Source: Halalkalibacterium halodurans
GTDB taxonomy: Bacteria; Bacillota; Bacilli; Bacillales; Bacillaceae_D
Direction: 5' to 3'
Assembly (NCBI RefSeq): GCF_004376175.1
Contig: NZ_SNUY01000028.1
Span: forward strand, 1-7,144
Length of the DNA: 7,144 bases
The notes under the pieces were generated by a model. It was given only the letters and a program-made list of their open reading frames with translations, had not been told where the DNA came from and ran no database searches. This document shows positions 4,539-7,144 of the stretch, piece after piece; within the stretch, counting starts at the first letter, position 1; each line of letters begins with the position of its first letter. A program made the position numbers and the translations under genes.

Positions 4539-6179
4539 ATGAAAGGACAGTCGAAGAAAGCGTTAACAAAAAAGCGCATTGAAGAGGCGGCGCTCTCTCT
4601 GTTTCGTGAGCAAGGGTACGATTCGACCACCGTCCAAGAAATTACGGCGAAGGCCCAAGTGGCAAAAGGCACTTTTTTTAATTATTTCCCTACGAAAGAG
4701 TCGATTATGAGATCTCTTGCCGAAGATCGCCTTCACTCTGTTTCCGTTTATATGGAACAGAGGCATATTCAATCGCTGCCAATTCTAAAAAAGATTCGCA
4801 CCTATTTGTCCTATTTGCTTGAAGAATACGATTCCCATCCGAAACTGACAGTGCAAATTTGGCGGCATGTGGTTGAATTCGAGGAAATGATTCTTTCCCA
4901 TTGGGTTGTGCTCTTAGAGGAGGCCAAAGAGCGCGGAGAACTTAGCGAAGATTTTCCGATTCACGTATGGAGCCACATTATTCACAGCCATGTTTGCTAT
5001 GGATTGCAGATGTCTCATCTTGCACCGACAAAGGCACAGCTCCTAGCGAAAGTCATGCCTTTATTAGAAGAAAGCTTATCAGCCATTATTCAGAAAAGGG
5101 GAAATTCTGCTATGAAAAAACTTGTTGTTTTAGGAGGGGGCTACGGCGGTATGCGGATTTTACAGCGCCTCCTTCCAAATGACTTACCGTCTGATTGGGA
5201 AATTACACTCGTAGACAGGCTGCCGTACCACTGTTTAAAAACAGAATATTACGCACTGGCGGCAGGAACTGCATCTGACCATCATTTGCGTGTGAGCTTT
5301 CCTGAAGACCCGCGCTTATCGACTAGGTACGGTTCCGTATCCTCCATCGATCTCGCTTCAAAGACCGTTCTTTTTGAAGAAGGAGAACCGCTCACTTACG
5401 ACACACTCATTATTGGACTTGGCTGTGAAGACAAATATCACGGGGTACCAGGGGCAAAAGAGCATACGTACAGCATTCAAAGCATGGAAGCCACACGGAG
5501 AACGTACGAGGCGCTCAACAACGTCCGTCCAGAAGGAGTGGTGACAATCGTCGGGGCTGGATTAAGTGGGGTCGAATTGGCGAGTGAACTACGGGAAAGC
5601 CGACCAGATTTAACAATTAAGCTGCTTGACCGTGGCGACATCATCCTTTCGATGTTCCCACGTCGCTTGAGCAATTACGTGCAAAACTGGTTCATTGACC
5701 ACGGGGTCGACATTATTAACAAGTCGAATGTAACAAAGGTGGAGGAAGGCGCTGTCTACAATCATGATGAACGGATAGAATCGGACGCGATTATTTGGAC
5801 GGCCGGAATCCAACCAAATGTCGTCGTTCGCAATCTTGATGTGGAAAAAGACCAACAAGGTCGGGTCGTACTCACACCTCATCATCATTTGTCAACAGAC
5901 GAAGATGTGTTTGTTGTTGGTGACTGTGCGAGCTTGCCTCATGCTCCAAGCGCACAGCTAGCAGAGGGGCAAGCAGAGCAAATTGTCACCGTTCTTAAAA
6001 AGCGGTGGAACAATGAATCGCTTCCGGACGAGTTTCCGCGTATTAAATTAAAAGGAGTTCTAGGCTCCCTTGGGAAAAAGCATGGCTTCGGGTTAATGGG
6101 CGAGCGTACGTTGATCGGTCGTGTCCCACGCGTCTTAAAAAGCGGTGTCCTTTGGATGTATAAGTATCATTCAGGATGA
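4539..6179 (+). CDS. yutJ: In-frame fusion of a TetR/AcrR-family regulator (aa 1-191) with a YutJ-type NDH-2-like FAD/NAD(P)H oxidoreductase (aa 192-546)
   Basis: The N-terminal part, KKRIEEAALSLFREQGYDSTTVQEITAKAQVAKGTFFNYFPTKESI, is a canonical TetR_N HTH, followed by about 130 aa of helical ligand/dimerisation region. The C-terminal part starts MKKLVVLGGGYGGM (first GxGxxG), has VTIVGAGLSGVELASEL as the second dinucleotide fold, and carries VFVVGDCA. I prefer ATG 4539, with GGAGAGGAG 6 nt upstream, over the track's TTG at 4506. No stop codon separates the two modules. Confidence 0.8.
   Translation: MKGQSKKALTKKRIEEAALSLFREQGYDSTTVQEITAKAQVAKGTFFNYFPTKESIMRSLAEDRLHSVSVYMEQRHIQSLPILKKIRTYLSYLLEEYDSHPKLTVQIWRHVVEFEEMILSHWVVLLEEAKERGELSEDFPIHVWSHIIHSHVCYGLQMSHLAPTKAQLLAKVMPLLEESLSAIIQKRGNSAMKKLVVLGGGYGGMRILQRLLPNDLPSDWEITLVDRLPYHCLKTEYYALAAGTASDHHLRVSFPEDPRLSTRYGSVSSIDLASKTVLFEEGEPLTYDTLIIGLGCEDKYHGVPGAKEHTYSIQSMEATRRTYEALNNVRPEGVVTIVGAGLSGVELASELRESRPDLTIKLLDRGDIILSMFPRRLSNYVQNWFIDHGVDIINKSNVTKVEEGAVYNHDERIESDAIIWTAGIQPNVVVRNLDVEKDQQGRVVLTPHHHLSTDEDVFVVGDCASLPHAPSAQLAEGQAEQIVTVLKKRWNNESLPDEFPRIKLKGVLGSLGKKHGFGLMGERTLIGRVPRVLKSGVLWMYKYHSG
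5112..6179 (+). other. yutJ: NDH-2-like module with a candidate internal translation start (would give a stand-alone 355-aa YutJ-like protein)
   Basis: ATG 5112 is in frame and is preceded by AAAGGGG about 10 nt upstream. The resulting 355 aa begins directly at the Rossmann beta1-GxGxxG, as in stand-alone NDH-2-like proteins. I recall B. subtilis YutJ as about this length. Confidence 0.4.
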
Positions 6180-6191
6180 TCGATTACACCA

Positions 6192-6234
6192 AAACCCGTA
6201 TCACCTTAACAAAGGCGGTACGGGTTTATTTCTT
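6192..6234. terminator. Terminator between the convergent yutJ-fusion and yuzD genes
   Basis: AAACCCGTA (6192-6200) pairs with TACGGGTTT (6219-6227), with further pairs possible inside the loop. TTTATTTCTT follows on the plus strand and TTTTGG on the minus strand. Confidence 0.7.
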
Positions 6235-6248
6235 AATTATGGAACCTT

Positions 6249-6554
6249 TTACATGGCGTCAATTTTCGCGTATACGTCCTTCAGACGAGGGTTCCCCTCC
6301 GCTACAACTTCATCCTCTATAACCACGAGGGGATACATATATTCATCGCTTAAAATGGCATCCGCATAAGCTTGATCCTTCTTCTCGACCACTTTGTTAA
6401 TATCCACATAACGAAATCGAAAATTGTGCTCAGGATACTTACGCTTAACCGCTGCTTCCAGCCACTCCATCGTTTCTTTCGCACTTGGTAAATGTATGCA
6501 GCTAGCACACTTTTCTTCTGCTCCAAACACGGTCACTTCAATCGATTGTCCCAC
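6249..6554 (-). CDS. yuzD: YuzD family thioredoxin-like protein (DUF1462), 101 aa
   Basis: VTVFGAEEKCASCIHLPSAKETMEWLEAAVKRKYP...DEYMYPLVVIEDEVVAEGNPRLK resembles B. subtilis YuzD as I recall it, including the CxxC motif. The start is GTG 6554, preceded by GAGGAGAGGGAAG. Confidence 0.85.
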   Translation of the reverse strand: MGQSIEVTVFGAEEKCASCIHLPSAKETMEWLEAAVKRKYPEHNFRFRYVDINKVVEKKDQAYADAILSDEYMYPLVVIEDEVVAEGNPRLKDVYAKIDAM

Positions 6555-6589
6555 AGCTCTTCCCTCTCCTCACGTGTTGTCCTAGTTTG

Positions 6590-6618
6590 ATCTTACAAGG
6601 TAGCGCCCTTTTCCTCAA
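6590..6618 (-). promoter_or_regulatory. Candidate sigma-A promoter for yuzD
   Basis: On the minus strand I read TTGAGG (6613-6618), a 17-bp spacer, then TAAGAT (6590-6595). This is a motif match only. Confidence 0.35.
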
Positions 6619-6658
6619 GAGTTAGCGCCTTAAATCATTGAAAATTGAGGCACATTCA

Positions 6659-6687
6659 TGGATTTTTTGCGTAATGGATATTATAAT
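6659..6687 (+). promoter_or_regulatory. Candidate promoter for yutI
   Basis: A perfect TATAAT lies at 6682-6687, 28 nt upstream of ATG 6716. The -35 is weak (TGGATT at 17-bp spacing). Confidence 0.3.
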
Positions 6688-6715
6688 GAGAGGTAAAGAA
6701 AGGAGTTGTTTTCAC

Positions 6716-6955
6716 ATGGAAACAAGCACTGAAATGCATGAGCAAGTCAAAGAAGTGTTAGATAAACTTCGTCCGTTCTTACTCCGTGATGGAGGAGACG
6801 TTGAACTTGTTGACGTTGAAGATGGTATCGTAAAAGTACGCCTTCTTGGTGCATGCGGCTCTTGCCCAAGTTCAACGATTACGTTAAAAGCCGGTATCGA
6901 ACGCGCGCTTCTTGAGGAAGTTCCAGGCGTAAAAGAAATCGAACAAGTATTTTAA
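6716..6955 (+). CDS. yutI: Nfu/NifU C-terminal-domain Fe-S cluster carrier, 79 aa
   Basis: [67 protein letters not shown] is the Nfu domain with its CxxC motif. I prefer ATG 6716, with AAAGGAG 10 nt upstream, over the track start at 6638, which adds 26 non-homologous residues across the promoter. Confidence 0.9.
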   Translation: METSTEMHEQVKEVLDKLRPFLLRDGGDVELVDVEDGIVKVRLLGACGSCPSSTITLKAGIERALLEEVPGVKEIEQVF

Positions 6956-6971
6956 TTTCACCTTAAAAAGT

Positions 6972-7003
6972 ACGGAGCTCTTGTCTTGAGCTCCGTTTTT
7001 TTT
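6972..7003 (+). terminator. Rho-independent terminator of yutI
   Basis: ACGGAGCTC (6972-6980) pairs with GAGCTCCGT (6988-6996) in a perfect 9-bp stem with a 7-nt loop, followed by a run of 8 T. Confidence 0.9.
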
Positions 7004-7011
7004 CGCTGGAA

Positions 7012-7144
7012 TGTCAACACTAAATCGGACAATTATTTAAAGGTTCATTAACTTGTATTCAGTCGGTGTTAAGTAATCTAATGATCCATGAATTCGAATA
7101 GTATTGAACCAGTGAACGTAGTCAAAAAGTTCAAGGTCAAGTTC
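7012..7144 (-). mobile_element. IS3-family insertion sequence, partial; this is the end downstream of the transposase, and the element continues past the right window edge
   Basis: It contains the C-terminus of an IS3-type transposase. The candidate terminal inverted repeat, read inward from 7012, is TGTCAACACTAAATCGGACAATT, which starts with the TG dinucleotide typical of IS3-family ends. A TG at 7007 is an alternative boundary. Confidence 0.65.
7037..7144 (-). CDS. IS3-family transposase (OrfB / DDE integrase), C-terminal 35 codons (truncated by the window edge)
   Basis: The minus-strand translation is ELDLELFDYVHWFNTIRIHGSLDYLTPTEYKLMNL*. The pattern F.Y..W(F/Y)N..R.H..L.Y.TP.EY is the conserved tail of IS3-family rve transposases. 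The stop TAA is the reverse complement of 7037-7039. Confidence 0.8.
   Translation of the reverse strand, partial: ELDLELFDYVHWFNTIRIHGSLDYLTPTEYKLMNL

Noticed and set aside
2126-6369. Antisense or out-of-frame ORFs inside the radical SAM gene, dapF, yuzB, the TetR-NDH-2 ORF and yuzD (2126..2356, 3012..3206, 3320..3532, 3409..3720, 4167..4379, 4563..4772, 4967..5182, 5477..5674, 5610..5888, 6145..6369)
   Set aside because: Each lies largely or entirely within a CDS with clear family motifs, either on the opposite strand or, for 4967..5182, out of frame on the same strand. None has a convincing SD and the sequences look like frame shadows.
1-7144. Composite transposon formed by the two flanking IS elements
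   Set aside because: The two ends belong to different families (ISL3 and IS3), which cannot cooperate in transposition. The cargo is conserved housekeeping synteny rather than accessory genes.
1-7144. CRISPR arrays, tRNA or rRNA genes
   Set aside because: I saw no regularly spaced direct repeats of 25-40 bp and no cloverleaf-like or rRNA-like segments. Every long non-coding stretch is accounted for by promoters, terminators or IS ends.

Overview
This window looks like a chromosomal segment from a Bacillaceae-type Firmicute. It matches, from my memory of gene order, the Bacillus subtilis sufA(yutM)-dapF-yuzB-yutJ-yuzD-yutI neighbourhood. Partial insertion sequences sit at both window edges: an ISL3-family element on the left (1..~531) and an IS3-family element on the right (~7012..7144). 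Between them, in order, are: an A-type Fe-S carrier (SufA/HesB-like, minus strand); a Spo0E-family phosphatase (minus); a divergent MqnE/MqnC/CofH-like radical SAM enzyme (plus); dapF (minus) preceded by a tightly coupled small 4-Cys protein; yuzB (minus); a 546-aa ORF in which a complete TetR-family regulator is fused in frame, with no stop codon, to a full-length YutJ-type NDH-2-like flavoprotein (plus); yuzD (minus); and the Nfu-type protein yutI (plus). Most genes have readable Shine-Dalgarno sites, several sigma-A-like promoters and clear rho-independent terminators. I found no rRNA, tRNA or CRISPR array, and recognised no known riboswitch. The main points of interest are the TetR-NDH-2 fusion with a perfect palindrome over its predicted transcription start, the orphan futalosine-type radical SAM gene among Fe-S biogenesis genes, the small Cys-rich proteins, and the two IS ends that each abut a terminator. 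Every homology statement comes from reading motifs by eye and recalling protein families. No database search was run.
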